Below, in pieces: positions 24,570 to 38,262 of a stretch of DNA of 64,000 bases. The stretch comes from Fimicolochytrium jonesii (taxonomy: Eukaryota). The translations under genes were made by a program, and so were the position numbers. The stretch spans positions 62,001 to 126,000 of the forward strand of contig NW_026515697.1 of NCBI RefSeq assembly GCF_025526975.1. Direction: 5' to 3'. The notes beneath the pieces were generated by a model. The model saw nothing but the letters and a program-made list of their open reading frames with translations, searched no databases and was not told the DNA's origin. The first letter of the stretch is position 1. Each line of letters begins with the position of its first letter.

Positions 24570-26392
24570 ATGGCTCAAAAGACCACAAAACCCACCGCAC
24601 CGGCCGACCCCGCCCACGTCCCACCCACCGTTACAGACCCCCTCACAGCACCAACACCCTCAGAAACTTCCCCGCTCCTTCGCTGGGATGAACCCGATAT
24701 TGAGGTCGCTTCCGCTAGTGGAGAGAGGGGTCTAACGGGAGAAGGAGAGAGGGGTGTGAGTGGGAGTGTGAAGAAAGCTTATTCGAGGATTCCAAGACTT
24801 GTTGTGGCTGCGACACTCGTCTTCGGGACCCTGTTTTTGTTATTTGCTATTCTATGTGAGTTGGATGGCAAGTCGGAGGGGAAGCGAGAGATTTTGGTGG
24901 AAGCAAGGGATAGCTAGCGTTTGTGGGTTCAGCGAGCATGCGGAGGAGATTTGGCGATGGAGCGAGCGCTGCATTCTGGCGAGCGACAGTGAGAGATTGT
25001 GCGCGAGCTAGCACGCTCCGCCCGCCGCAGCCCAACCTCCTTGTCGCAAGTGGGTCGACCAGGATGTTGTTTCATGCATCGCTCAACCATCATGCACACA
25101 TACACATACACACATACATCGCCCACTCAAATCGTCGCGGTTATACTTATCATCCACATACCGTACTCATCCATTCTCCCATATTCATTTTTTAGCCCTT
25201 CCAATCCACCCCCGCCGGGCCCCCCTCGCCGACTCCACAACCTCCATCCCCGTCCTCCCGGCAACCGGCGCGCGCATCATGGCCTACAACTTCTACCTCC
25301 GCCCACCCCCCGTTCAACTGCACGGGGACTACAAAAATGACCGTCTCGACATTTTCATCAACACCCACCTCGACAACTACGATATCTTCGCCCTGACCGA
25401 GACCTTCGGCACGCTGACGAGTCGGCGGGAGCGGTTACTGGACGCCGCGGCGGCGAGGGGAATAAAGTACTGGGCGCATGGACCCGAGCGGAATTGGTGG
25501 AAGGGGAAGTTTGTGGATTCGGGATTGTTGGTGATGTCGAGGTTTCCGATTATGGTGATTGATAGTGTGGAGTATGGGATTGGGTTGGGACCCGATGCGG
25601 TGGCGGCCAAGGGGATCGTGTATGCGCAGATTAATGTTGCGGATAAGGAGCATAACGTGCACAAGGTCCATCTCTTTGTCTCGCATTTGCAGGCGACGTA
25701 CATCCCAGGTAAAACTGCCCCCTCCTCGCCCACTGTGTACAAAAACCATCCCGTCTCATCACCTCCCCTCTCTCCAAACAGACGAAGACGGCAACGACCT
25801 AACAACCGACACAACCGTCCTCCGCCACGCCCAGTTCCAATTTTTCCGCACCTACCTCTCCACCACCCTCTCTACCAATCACTACAACTCTTCCCTAGAC
25901 ACGGTCCTCCTCGCCGGGGACTTTAACACCCCCGGCGCGCCCTTCGGCTGGCTCCCGCACGAGGATTCCGCCGAATACACCCGTATGCTTTTGACATTAT
26001 CCACCGGGGGTGCGAAGGTGACGGATGTGTACAGGCAACGGTACGGGGAGCAGAAGCCGACGTGGAAGCCGTGGAAGGTTGTGCTGGGCGAGGAGGAGGA
26101 GAGGAAGGAGGAGGACCCGCAGAGTTGGGGAAAGCGGCTGGATTATCTGTTGCAGTGGGAGGGCGGGGTCAAGCAGGGGGGGAGGACTCGCTTGAGACTG
26201 GGTGTGGATCAGACGGCGTTGCAGCCTTTTAAGGTTGAGGGGACACCGTTTGCCCAGCTTTCTGGTATGTGTCTGGGTTATTCCCGGACTTTAGGCTCCT
26301 GACAACCCCCATGTTGACATGTCTTGTCCATTTCGTTTTCCTCCTCCGCAGACCACTCGGCGGTAACGTCCGTCCTCAACTTCACCGACTGA
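24570..26392 (+). CDS. Endonuclease/exonuclease/phosphatase-fold protein (neutral sphingomyelinase/ISC1-like) with N-terminal TM helix, 4 exons
   Basis: IMAYN, YDIFALTETF, DSGLLVMSRFPI, AAKG, SHLQA, LAGDFN, RLDY, SDH motifs. A 340-nt first intron (24856-25195) joins the TM exon in frame. Confidence 0.85.
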
Positions 26393-28584
26393 AAAAACCT
26401 CGCCTCATACACACACTGCACGCACACACATCCTCCCTCTCCCTTCCGCACCACGCGTCCCCGAAAACGAGCGCACGTTCCACTCATCCTCGTCACCCCC
26501 CGGTGTCCCTCATGTGACCCAGCCAGTGTAATATAATCTCTGATCGGACATTTTCTTCCCGTATAACTGTGTGTTGGGTTTTGTGCAAGTAACTGACGAT
26601 TCTACTATTCGCAACATTGAACGGTCCTGGGCGGCGTTTGACATTGGGGGTGCCGCGCCGGGATATGTACAAACCCCCACCTTTGAGGCCGTGATGGCAA
26701 AACAACGCATGTTGGTCACAACACTGACCCCATATGAAAACGACAGCACAAGCAAGGTCGTTTATCTCCTACCCTGAAACCTTTTTGGAGGTACCGGCTC
26801 AAGCCTGCGGATGTCCGCTGATATAAGCGCGGGTTACGCTCTGTCGAGAGGTTGGGGAACGGGCTGGGCTGCTTGTGCCTCGGATGGTGCGTTTAACCTC
26901 CTCAATTGCGAATGACGCGTGTTTTTTTAGCGTAACAGTAACGTCCATGTCCACGTTGCGTCGGGCCCCGAAAGAATCGAAACTCCGCGGCCAAATCGTA
27001 ACCCGACCGCACAAACGAAAGTGAAGACCGCCACTGTTTACCCCCTCTTCCAGTCCGGCTAACGCAGGATGCGAGGAAGCGGGCCAGCTTTTTCGGATTG
27101 CCCCTGCGTGACACTTTCGGCGGGGAGGAAACGGGGAGAGGGGGTGAGGAAGGGGCGACAAGGCGGATAGAGAAACGCGTGAACAAGGCGTTTGGGTACT
27201 TGAGCCCCCAAAACGCGTCCAACGATGGAGAGTTTGACAGGGGACCTGAACGGGAAGCGAGGCAAAGCATACCCCCGAGTCCAATGTTCGTTCGTTGGCA
27301 GCCTTTTGTCGGCGTTGGCGAGCGGATGTATATACGGTTTGGGCGCACAGAGGGAGTGCGGCCCTGTATACTGTATATCACCGGCCTGGTTGCACGATGA
27401 TTGAGGGGATGGCCACAAGGCGATGGCTGAACACATCTTTCCGTGGGGGAAGAACAGCGGAGTTTGAATGAGGAATTGGTCAGCACAAACGCGTACCACA
27501 ACCCCCATTCGGGCAACGCGCGGGGGGGTCGTCACGTTCAACCACAAACGCACAACGCGAGATTTTCAAAGAAGCTACTCTTCGTGCATGGTATCTTCGC
27601 ACTCGTCGGCGGGGCAGGAGATACCATCGGCGAGCGGGAATGGTTGCGTGGTTGCCAGCACCCACCCAGGCCTGCGACATCCCCTTTGGCCGTACCCGCA
27701 AGATGTGAAGCTGAGACAACAAGATCGTCGGGAGCATTGTGCAGCATTTCTTTGCTCGTACCCTCACTTGGAAAGACGAGCCTCGGGATTTCCTGGGGTC
27801 GATTGTTCAATCACGTGCTGATATGCTGGGGTTGGGAATCGCGAACGAGAGGCACTCGTTTCCCCGCCGCTGTGTGCTGCCTCGGGTATCTGCATAGCGT
27901 AAGCAGAAGCATAATCTTGGGTTCGATAAGTTTCGGCTTTCAAATACAGGTGCGTGGTAAAAAAAGCAGGGAAGGAAAGCAACTGAGTCAGTTCAACCGG
28001 CCGCTGCAGTTTTACTTCTCCCATTGTGAACTGACGAACGAAACCTAAACGAGAGCACGAACGTGACCTCGGCCTCTCGGTCCCGGGGCGGGCGAGGTGT
28101 TACCACCACTTGAAGGGGCGGGTGAGAAGGGTACTAGAGCTTGGATGTGGAGCATGATGATGTTTTGCGATGTTACCCGGAAGAGAGGGAGAAGGGACCA
28201 TTGGAATGTACTGTACAGTATATCGTAGGTGTTTGCGGTTGCTGTGTGCTGTGTGAACGCGACGCACGCGATGGGAAGATTGAGTAAGCGGAACGCGTTA
28301 TTATTGCCGCCGACACCGTTACGAAGCTGGGAGATAACTCCACCGTATTCGTGTTAAGAAGCAGTTTCCCGACTGTGTTGCACAAACCACCCGCAATACA
28401 GCGGTCCCCTTGTTGCGGCAACTTCCCCGGGGCTTCAACCAGACCGAACGTCATAAAGCGCATCCCTATCAACCAGCAGCAGCATCTTGCAGCACCACCT
28501 CCATAGGGCGCACAGAGGACGGATCCTAAGCAGCTGAATCTCACACATACGCCCCCGCTTCTCAGAAAGTCACAATCCAAAAAG

Positions 28585-31569
28585 ATGTCATCGGCAAGTC
28601 TTCCCCCTACAGGTCGCGCAATCGTCAAAAACGTCCTGTCAGGAGACACTGTGGTGCTTCGTGCGAGGCCTCAAGGTGGACCGCCGCCGGAGAAAGTCCT
28701 CTCGCTTGCTAACCTCCAGGCGCCGCGTCTTGGCACCGCAAGAGATCCGGAGAAGGAGGAGGTTCGTGTGGGAATTCGCTGCCTTTTACACTTTTCTAGA
28801 TCACTCTCATCGTAAGTCCTCTCCGTCCCGATAGCCATATGCGTACGAGTCCCGCGAGTTTCTCCGTCAACTCTTGGTCGGCAAAGAAGTCGCCTACAAG
28901 GTCGAATACACCACATCCACAAACCAGCGCGATTTCGGTGTGATCGTCTTGCAACACCCAGTAGACGGCGAGTCCAATGTCAACCGCCTTGCGATCAAGG
29001 AGGGGTGGGCGCGCGCTAGGGCCGCGGACGGGAAGAGGACAGCCACTGACGAGCAGGAGCAGCTTGCGATCCTGGAGGCGGAGGCTTCAGCAAACCAGAA
29101 GGGCATCTTCCGGGACACCGGCGCCGCTGCGAGGACTGTCAGCTATGATGTGAAGGACGACGCGAGGGCGTTCTTGGAGAAACATAAGGGGAAGCCAATA
29201 CCCGCGGTGCTGGAGCAAGTGCGCGATGGATCCACTTTCAGGGTCTTGCTGCTGTTGCCTGACGGAACGCATCAGTACATCACCCTCATGCTGTCGGGAT
29301 TGAAGGCGCCAACGTATCGTAAGGGCGTGCCCAACGTTCAGGACCTCGTAGAGGAGTACGGCGAGGAAGCCAAGTATTTTGTCGAGTCGCGATTGTTGCA
29401 GCGGGACATCAAGGTGGTCCTGGAAGGCTTGTCGTCAAATGACAACTTTGTCGGATCCGTTCAATTCCCTGCGGGCAATATCGCGGAAGCTCTTCTCGCT
29501 GAAGGTCTCGCCAAAGTGGTCGACTGGAACATCACGCTGGTGACGGGAGGCCCACAGCGATACCGCGCCGCTGAGCAAAAGGCCAAGGACAAGAAGCTTC
29601 GTCTGTGGAAAACCTGGGCGGGCAAGCCACGCGTTGCTGGACCAGAGCCTGAGTTTGATGCCGTCGTTACCCGTGTCATTTCCGCCGATACGCTGATCGT
29701 TGAAAGTGCGGCAACTGGCAAGGAGCGCCGCATTCAGCTGGCAAGTATCCGTGCACCCAAAGGTCCCGAGAAGAAGGAACAACCTGCTGCACGTGACGCA
29801 TCCATCAAGGAGTACGGATACGATTTCGAAGCCAAGGAATTCCTGCGCTCTCGTTGTATCGGCAAGCCTGTCCACGTCGTCATTGACTACGTCAAGCCCG
29901 CCGAAGGACAGTATGAGGAGCGCGAGTGCGCCACAGTCACGCAGGGCTCCAAGAACCTCGCAGAATTGCTCGTCTCGCGAGGTCTCGCCGACATCATCCG
30001 CCACCGCAAAGACGACGACAACCGATCCTCGCAGTACGACTCCCTCCTGATCGCCCTCGACCGCGCCCAGAAGGCCCAAAAAGGCATCCACTCCCCCAAA
30101 GACGCGCCCCTGCACCGCATCAGCGACGCCTCCGCCACCGTCAATAAAGCCAAGCAATTCTTCCCCTTCCTCCAACGCAGCGGCACCGTCGCCGGCGTCG
30201 TCGACTACGTCTCGAGCGGCTCCCGCTTCCGCATCTACGTCCCCACCCAAAACTGCACCCTCACCCTCGTCCTCGGCGGCATCCGAGCGCCCAAAGTCGG
30301 CCGTCCCGGCGAGAAATCCGAACCCTTTGGCCAAGAAGCCCTCGACTTTGTCTCCAAGCGCGTCATGCAACGCGACGTCGAGTTCTCCGTTGAAGGACAA
30401 GATAAAGTCGGCGGGTTCATCGGCGCCCTCTACATCACCATCAACGACGAGCGCAAGAACGTCGCGGCTATGCTGCTTGAAGAAGGTCTTGCGAGCGTGC
30501 ACGACTACTCGGCTAGCCAGAGCCCCAACTCGCACGTCCTGTACTCGGCGGAGAAGGGCGCGAGGGAGGCCAAGAAGGGGGTTTGGAAGAATTATACGGA
30601 GACTGAGGAGCCGGTGCAGGAGCAGAAGTTTGATGAGAGCAAGCCGCTTGAAACGAAGGATGTGATTGTGTCGAATATTGAGGGCGGGGGAAGGTTGTTT
30701 TTGCAGGTTAAGGGGGCTGGTGAGTACGGTTTGAAAGGGTTGGGCGGTGTTACGGGGTTGAGTTGCTGATGCTTGTGTTTTTTCTTTTGGCAGATCTCAA
30801 CCGCTTGGAGGACCTGATGTCCAGGTTCGCGCAGCACCATCAATCGGCATCCACCGGGGCCCATCAACCACGTAATGGCGAATATTGCAGTGCACAATTC
30901 AGTGCCGACGACCAATGGTATGACAAAGAAGCAGTATGAGACATCATAATTCGTAGCGAATTTACTCACACCCTCCCTCGGATCCCTTCCAGGTACCGTG
31001 CCCGCGTCAAGAAAACCAACCCCGACAAAACCTACCAACTCATCTATATCGACTACGGCAACTCCGAAACCGTGCCCTCCACCCGCATCCGCCCCCTCGA
31101 CCCCTCCTTCTCCACCACGCACCTGGCCCCACAAGCCATCGAAGCCCGCCTCGCCTACCTCCGCGTCCCGGAGCTCGACCAGGACTACGGCGAAGAAGCG
31201 TACGAGTACCTCCGCGATGCCACGGAGAACCGGGATCTGGTCGCCAAAATCGTCGGCAAGGTCCCCGGTGTCTCCTCGCCCCAAGCCCTCAACGTTATCC
31301 TGTACGACAAGAAGTCCCTCACCTCCGCCGGGGGTGAAAGCATCAACGAACGTGTAGTCCGCGACGGCTTCGGGACGGTGGAGCGCGCGATCGTGAAGCG
31401 GTTGAATGCGGAGGCGAAGACGGTGGATAAAGTTGCTGCGTGGAGTAAGGCGCAGAAGACGGCGGGGAACAAGACGGTTGTGGAACGTATGGTGGACGCC
31501 CAGGAGGAGGCGAAGGGGGCGAGGACGAATATGTGGAGGTATGGGGATTTTACGGAGGATGATGAGTAA
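28585..31569 (+). CDS. SND1: Tudor staphylococcal nuclease (Tudor-SN), 4 exons
   Basis: VKNVLSGDTVVLR..PPPEK; four SNase repeats (VRDGST, VISADT, VSSGSRFR); Tudor (AQFSADDQWYRARV, YIDYGNSE); ends MWRYGDFTEDDE. Confidence 0.96.
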
Positions 31570-32073
31570 GAGTTGTGGGTCTACTTTACGGCGTGCGGTG
31601 CAACGGCGGTACCTGTGTTATAGGGTGGACGCTCGAAGGACTCTGTATGCTTGTATCGTAGCCTAGGCGCTTTCATTTACACGACATCTGCTCCACCACC
31701 CTTGGGTGTCAATCATCTCATTGGTGCATTTGACTTCCATACTTTGCAAAGAGCGGTTTGGGGCTGTTTGGGGGTGTTTTGAGGATCAGCAAGCCCTTCC
31801 GCGTTCCGCTTCCGTGCAGGATCCATGGGTTGTCACTCCGGTTGGCTGCAAGCGTTGAACATGCGTTATCTCGGGTGATTTGTATTCTACAACATCGCAT
31901 CCAAAAGTCTCTATGCATACACATCCCAAAAAAGGCCACGGCGTCCAAAAGTGCAACCGCTTCTCCACACACAAGTCCCAAAAATGTCGATGGATCCATG
32001 CTTCCCTCGGATCGTTACAAGACCCCTCTCATCACTCGCCCAGTAACCGTAGATGTCTCCGTACCAAATAATC

Positions 32074-35000
32074 CTAAACCGCCACAATCCCACCAGCAAC
32101 ACCCTCCTTATTCTCCCCTTCCCGTCCCTGTCCCTCCTCCTCACTGCCCTGCTGCCCCCCCTCCCTCACAGCCCCCGCCCCCGCCTTCGCCAACGCCTCA
32201 ATAGCCCCAACAATCCTCTTCACCCGCCCCTGCAACATCTCATCAAACGCCGCGTCTCCGACCCCAGGCGTGACCGGCAACTGAGTGAAATCGGAGTCGG
32301 ATGGCGGCAGGGAGAGGAAGGATTCGATGTGGGTGAGGGAGATGTCGAGTTTTTTGAGGCGGGTTTGGAGGGTTGCGGGTGGGGTCTGTATGGGTTGGTG
32401 GGTATCTTCGTGTTGGGAGTGAGTGGGTTGAGAGGGGGAGTCGGCGACGGCGGCGGGTACGGTGGTGGTTGTAGCGTCGTCGTCGTCGCGGACGCTGAGT
32501 CTGGCCAATTCGGCAAGGGGGAGCGTTGGGGTTGCGGAGTCGGCGCGCGCGATGTCCGCGTCCCCGGTGGAGATGCTTCGGTCTGCTTGGGGTTGTTGGG
32601 GTTCGGCTTGGGCGTGTTCAACCCCGGGGTTGGGCGTCTGTGGCGCGAGGGGCGGGCAGGTGGATCCGACCGCTTGAGGCCACTGATTGACAAGCGAGGG
32701 AAACCCGGTGAGTATCCAGTCTTCGCCGTCGAGGTATCAAGCAACCCCCACACATCGCAAGAACCCCTCGTCAAACTTACAGTAGACTGTTCATGCAACC
32801 CCACTAACGGCGTCAACGGCGACAAGTCCTTCATCACGCTTGTCGGCTTCCTCCCCCACCCCTCCTCCGCACCCTCCTTCTTAACAGCCGCCCACGGATC
32901 CACAAACCCCTCCTTACTCGGATTCGGCGCGGCGCCCTCCCCACCCCGCAAATGAAACGCGGGCTCAGCAGCCTGCGCGGTCTGCTTGAACCACGGCGCG
33001 ACAGGCTGTGTCGATGGAAGACGATCGCTTGGTTTTGCGCGGAGGCGTGGGGCGCGGCGTTTTTGGCTGTTTTGGCTGGTGGTGCTTAGGACGGAGTCTG
33101 GGCGCGGGGGTGGAGGTGTGTAGCGAATTTCGGTGGTTTGGTGGAGGAGGGAGGACGCCCACATGGGCGGGACGGTGGTTTGGGTCGTGGCGTATTGGAA
33201 GGTGACGCCGCCGTAGCCTCTGCTGAGGGTTTCGCGGAGCTGGGGGGGAGAAGTCAGCGTAATGATCATATAGCTGTGTCACTCCCCCCGACCGTAAGCT
33301 TCCTCAGAGGACCTTCGCTCGGTTAGGCCTAGCACATACCTCATAACTATGCCTAACAATCTCAGCGCTCTTGACATCCGCAAACTTGGCATACCAAACC
33401 ACCGCGCCATTCACATTCTCGCAGATCACGTCCTCAAAGTTCGCGTGCACGGCCAGATACCGCGCCATCTCGTCCGCGGACTGGATCGAGCAGTTGCGGA
33501 TCATGATGATGTTTGAGAGGGTCTGTGGGTGGGGATGGAGGTCGAGTTAGTCTGAAATATAGTCCAAGCCGCACGGCATGGAGGGATGGCGAACGTACCT
33601 CCTGCGGCGCATGGTGAGCCTCCACACTCTCCGCTTTCCCATGCGCATTGCGACCCATATCCCATCCGAACTCAACCTCCTGTACACCCTCACCGACTCC
33701 TGGTCTCGCAAACACCTCCGTCAACGTCCCACGTTTCTCAACCTCGACGACAACCGACGGCACCGCGCCATCTCCCAAAGTCCTCGCAACAGGCCAAGCA
33801 GGCACAACCGCCGGGGTGGCAGCACGCTCCCCGACCTCGCCGGGTACATGTACAGGCCAATCAGCCACAACAGCCGGAGCGGGCGGACGGTCTTTGAACC
33901 GCGCCGCGCTGTTGGGGGTCGAGATGTAGTTTGCTGGGCGATCGGGCCAGTTGCCTGCGAACCCGGCGGCGCTGGTCGCCGGTGCGGAGTTACTTACGGT
34001 GGGCGTGAATGAAGACAGCACAGGCGCACCCCACCGCGCGCCCCCTTCCGCCGACGGCGGGCCCCACGCGTCTTCCGTCGCAGCGGCAGCTTCATTACGC
34101 TTCCAGGGGTCAACCACACCGCCAGCCAGATCGCGCGCCCACAGGTTTTCCACACCACCACCGCTTAAAGTAGGGTGAGAGCTCACGGCGGGTGTATTGG
34201 CCCACACTCGCCACGCGTGCTCGGCCGTGTCGATGATTTCGGCTTTTTTCCACGCGTGTGGGGCGGCGTCGGTGGGTGTTGGCGTTGTTGGTGTTGCGAC
34301 CGGGGGTGTGCGGCGTTTCCACCATGGTTCTGTGGTTGCTTTCGGGGGTGTAGAGTCGAACGCGTGTTGTTTCCATGCGGGCGTCACGGTTGTTGGTGGA
34401 GTGGTGGTGGTGTCGGGTGCAGGCTGCTGTTTCCACGCATGCACGACAACATCAGCGGGTTCAGCGTTATGCACCATCACAGGCCCCTCCTCAGCGTGCC
34501 CACCACCCTCTCTCAGCACCTTCGCAGCCGCCGCCGCCGCGCCCACAAACGACAACCCCTGCCCCGCCAGCCTATCCTCCCCCCTCTTCTCATAAGCCGC
34601 CACCAAATCGGTTGTACTGTTAATATCCACACAAGCCCGTTGACACGTCCGCCCATCGCTAAAGTACGCGCGACTCGTGTCCGAATCATAATCCACGCTC
34701 TCGAACCCGTGGAAACTCTCCAAAAGCTTGATACACTCCGCCTCGGTCCAGCCGGCGTTTGCGATCTCCAGCACGGTCGATGGGGGCGGTTTGGGGTTTT
34801 TGGCTTCCTGCACCGCGGCGAGTTGCTCGGGGAGGGGCGGGATGTCTGTTTTCGCTGCCGATGCCTTCCAGGCCGGTTGGCTGCGTTTGATCAAAGGTAG
34901 GGCTTGAGCCGCGAGTTCCGGGGTCTGGAAGGCGATGTGGAAATTGATCCCCTGGAACCGCACGCGGGAGAAACCGGGGAGTTTGGCGACGATGGCCCGG

Positions 35001-37470
35001 GTGTCGGCCTTGTCGACGGGGACGGCAGTGCTCACCACCAACGTGCGAGAAGTCTGCGCGGGCGCGAACGCCGGGCGAGCGAGAGGCTCCATCGGTCGTG
35101 GGGCACTGTACCGTCTCTCGTGCGCGGCCTCGTCCCCCGCGTCGTCCACCATGTATCTGTTCCCCGGCTGCGCGGACCGGGTCGACCACTCCACGCGGAT
35201 GTTGGTCGTCTCCTGCAGGTCCCGCACAACCTTCTCCGCAACCTCGTGGTTCACGTAGTCGACGATGATCGCGTCGCGTAGGTGGCGACAGGTCATGTAC
35301 CCGGGATACGCCTCCAGTATGCACTGCAGGCCGTCCAGCGTCAGCGCCCACGGACACCGCACAAACAGGGCGCCCTGGTAGTGTTCTGCCGTAAGCGGGC
35401 GCATGGGGTGCGGGGCATGCGGGGTGCGGGTCTGCGGACGCTTGATCAGCGTGGGCGTGATGTGTTTCTCGCCCTCGAGGCGGCCGACCGCTTTGGCGGC
35501 GTGGTCGCGCGTGGTGAACCAGGCGTAGAAGCCTTCTTCTTGGAAGGCCATGCGGGTGAAGCCGTCGAGGGTGCCGACGGAGTGGCGGAGGGAGAATTTG
35601 ACGTGGGGGAGGTCTTTTGCGGAGATGAAAATGGCGGCGTCGGAGAGGTAGCGGGGATCGTAGTGTGATGGGGGAGTTGGGGTGGGGTGCGAGGCCATGA
35701 GCACTGTTGTGGTGTCGAAGGGGGAGATGGAAATGGCCCCATGGTGGTCTGTTGGGTGTTGATGTTGGTGGGGGAAGGGCGTTGCGGCGGCGGACGAAGC
35801 GGTTGAGATGGTGGAGTCGGCGCGCGTGGTGCGTGGGCGTGTGGGCAGGCCTGCGGCGGTAACCAGTCCCCCACCGGGGTGGGTTGACGCCGGACGTGCA
35901 GGGGTGGTTCCGGTCGGGGAAAGTACCCCAAGGTTATGATCCTTCGCCACACCAAACCCGGGCACGAATTCCAACGCAAGGTCGGTGGTGGCCTCTAGAT
36001 CCGTCACGGCGCGCACACTCTCATCCAGACTTGCGAACCGGACGTACACATGAGCGGCGTCGGGTTTGACCTCCTGCACGCCGGCGTAGACGTGCACCAT
36101 CTCCGACACGCGGTGGACGGGCGCGTACGGTGTCAAATGGACACACAATGTCGTGGCGGGCTGCGACACCGCCATGGCCGTCGTGACCTGCTGCACGGTC
36201 TGCACAGCGTCGGGTGTCGCCGGATTGACATCCATGCGGGTGTTCTTCAAAAGCATCTCGGCGGCGCGCTTGGCGTAAGGCTCGGTGGCAAACCCGAGCA
36301 AGACGCCGTTGGGCTGGAAGGAGAGACAGCGGAACCCTTCCAGACGTCCGAAGTGAGCCCGCAGCTTGGCGAAATCGACGTCGGTTGGGATCTCCGCGAC
36401 GTGGATCCATGTCAGCATCGCCGAATTGTTGCGGGGCGTCGCCGGCGCGGGCGTGGCTGCCGTCCCCAGCCGGGCGACCTTCCCCTCAAGGATATTCCTG
36501 ACACGCTCATGGTTCCTTGCATACGTGGCCGGTATCCCTATACACTTGTTCAAGTCCTCGATAGCAGTCTCTGCACAAAACACGTCTCTAAACAGCGCAT
36601 AGTAGTAGAACCTAGCCGACGACGCGCGGCCCTGGTGCGGCGCTCGCCCGACCCCGCGATCGCGGTCGTAGTTGAGTTCCTCCTTGCTGATAATGTCGAA
36701 CGACTCGCAGCCGCGGTAGGCCATGAGGAGTTTCTTGACCTCGTCGGGCGAGAGCGGCGTCAATGCTGGTTCGATGTAGACAACTGGGTTGGGCTCGACG
36801 GCGTGGAGGGCCCGCGAGCTGAGGAGGGAGGGGTCTGGGATGAGATCTTGCGCGGCCCAGGTGATGTCGATGGCCGTGCTCTGGGTGATGGAGTCGAGGG
36901 CGAACTTGGCGTTCTGGTGCGTGTCGTAAAGGATTGAGATGCCTTCTGTAGGGATGCACCAGAGATACGATGAGTCGAGCGGGATGAAGGACATGAAAAC
37001 CTATTGCACCGCTACATATACACAAGTGGGGATGCCCCTTCTTCCGTTGCATGACAACGCCATTCATTACACATACCATCCGTATCAAACTTGACATGCT
37101 CGAAACCAAAACTATGATTTTCACGCAAGAACTCTGTAAAATCCGCCCGATCCTTGCCCGGAGGAAGGGCCTTGACCAGGACGGTGCGACCACCCGGGGC
37201 CGCCCAGTCCCTCATCATCCTTGCCGCTGTCTTCAGAGACCCTTGTGCTTTAAGACGGCTTGAAATATGCTTGTGAAACGTTCGATGGCAGCCGCTGAGT
37301 TTGGGCGGTACTCCTTCTTCAATGGGGTGAGGGAACGAATGTTCTACGGATCTTATTTGTGTGGACAGTGGATTATGAGTTCTGTTCTGGATCGGGATTT
37401 CAGTTGAGGACTCCCCGAGATGCGAGATGCCGGCGGAGTTGCGGGAGAGAGAGGCGACTTGGCTGGGATC
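32074..37470 (-). CDS. Large multi-RRM-like protein with a Trp-spaced disordered region (5' end uncertain)
   Basis: The 1186-aa ORF plus flanking exons hold several degenerate RRM-like units (e.g. WIHVAEIP..FGRLEGF..LLGFAT, YVRFASLDES, FHIAFQTPELA, WYAKFADVKSAE) and a P/T/A-rich linker with recurring W motifs. Confidence 0.7.
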
Positions 37471-38262
37471 TGACAGCTTGCATTGAGTGTTAGTCTAAAA
37501 CTTTTGGGCCCAGGCAGTGTCCGCCGAGCGAGGGACTGCTGCTGCTGCGACGGCCGCTTCCAACTTTCACGCGTGTTCGACGCGTCTCGCTTAACAGTAC
37601 GGACTCTGCATCTGTCTGTGTCATTCGTTTCGCTGGAGGGGTGTCTGCCACCCACTGATGAAGCGACCATGCCCAAAACGATGGGTTGCAAGGCCTCTGG
37701 TATTGAATATCCCTCCCGATGAAGGGAGGTACAACAGTGGCCGCCCATGTAGGTGGTTGAGGAGACCTCCGAGATTCACGCCGTTTTCGCTCGTCATTTG
37801 GGTAAGTGTGCGGCCTTCCCCGTCCAATAACATGGAGTCTTGTTCGGTGTGAATCTGGATAGTTAGACTATGGCTTTTCATCGGCCTTGAGCTCAACATG
37901 TCGAAGGCTGAATCTGGAGACACTGAGAATATCTCGACCTTGAATTTTCTGCACACCGATATCATATCCGATATTTTGAGCGAGAGTTTCCTTTGACTTG
38001 ACTGGTAGAAGATAATTCATGCAAGCATCGCACTCCTACTCAATCGACTGAAAAACAATGAGCGACGGTGTGTGTAGTGGTAAAGGAATGAACGAGGGAA
38101 TGAACGAGGTGTGCGATGCCCCAGCGAAGACGCTAACCCTAACCCGCGAGAAAAGCCTCGGACTCCTCGGATGTCTTGGAAGACCACAAGATCCAGTCTC
38201 GCAGTGCCATCCCGCCGTCATTCGCTGCCCATTAAGGACCGTCCCCAACCTCCAACCTCCAA

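Noticed and set aside
29435..30535. 366-aa antisense ORF, and many similar long shadow ORFs (e.g. 4431-5324, 36050-36937, 32053-32955)
   Set aside because: They overlap well-supported genes on the other strand or frame, which is expected from GC-rich codon bias, and they have no recognisable domains.
38134..38145. TAACCCTAACCC telomere-like repeat
   Set aside because: Only two units; at most a transcription-factor site in a divergent promoter.
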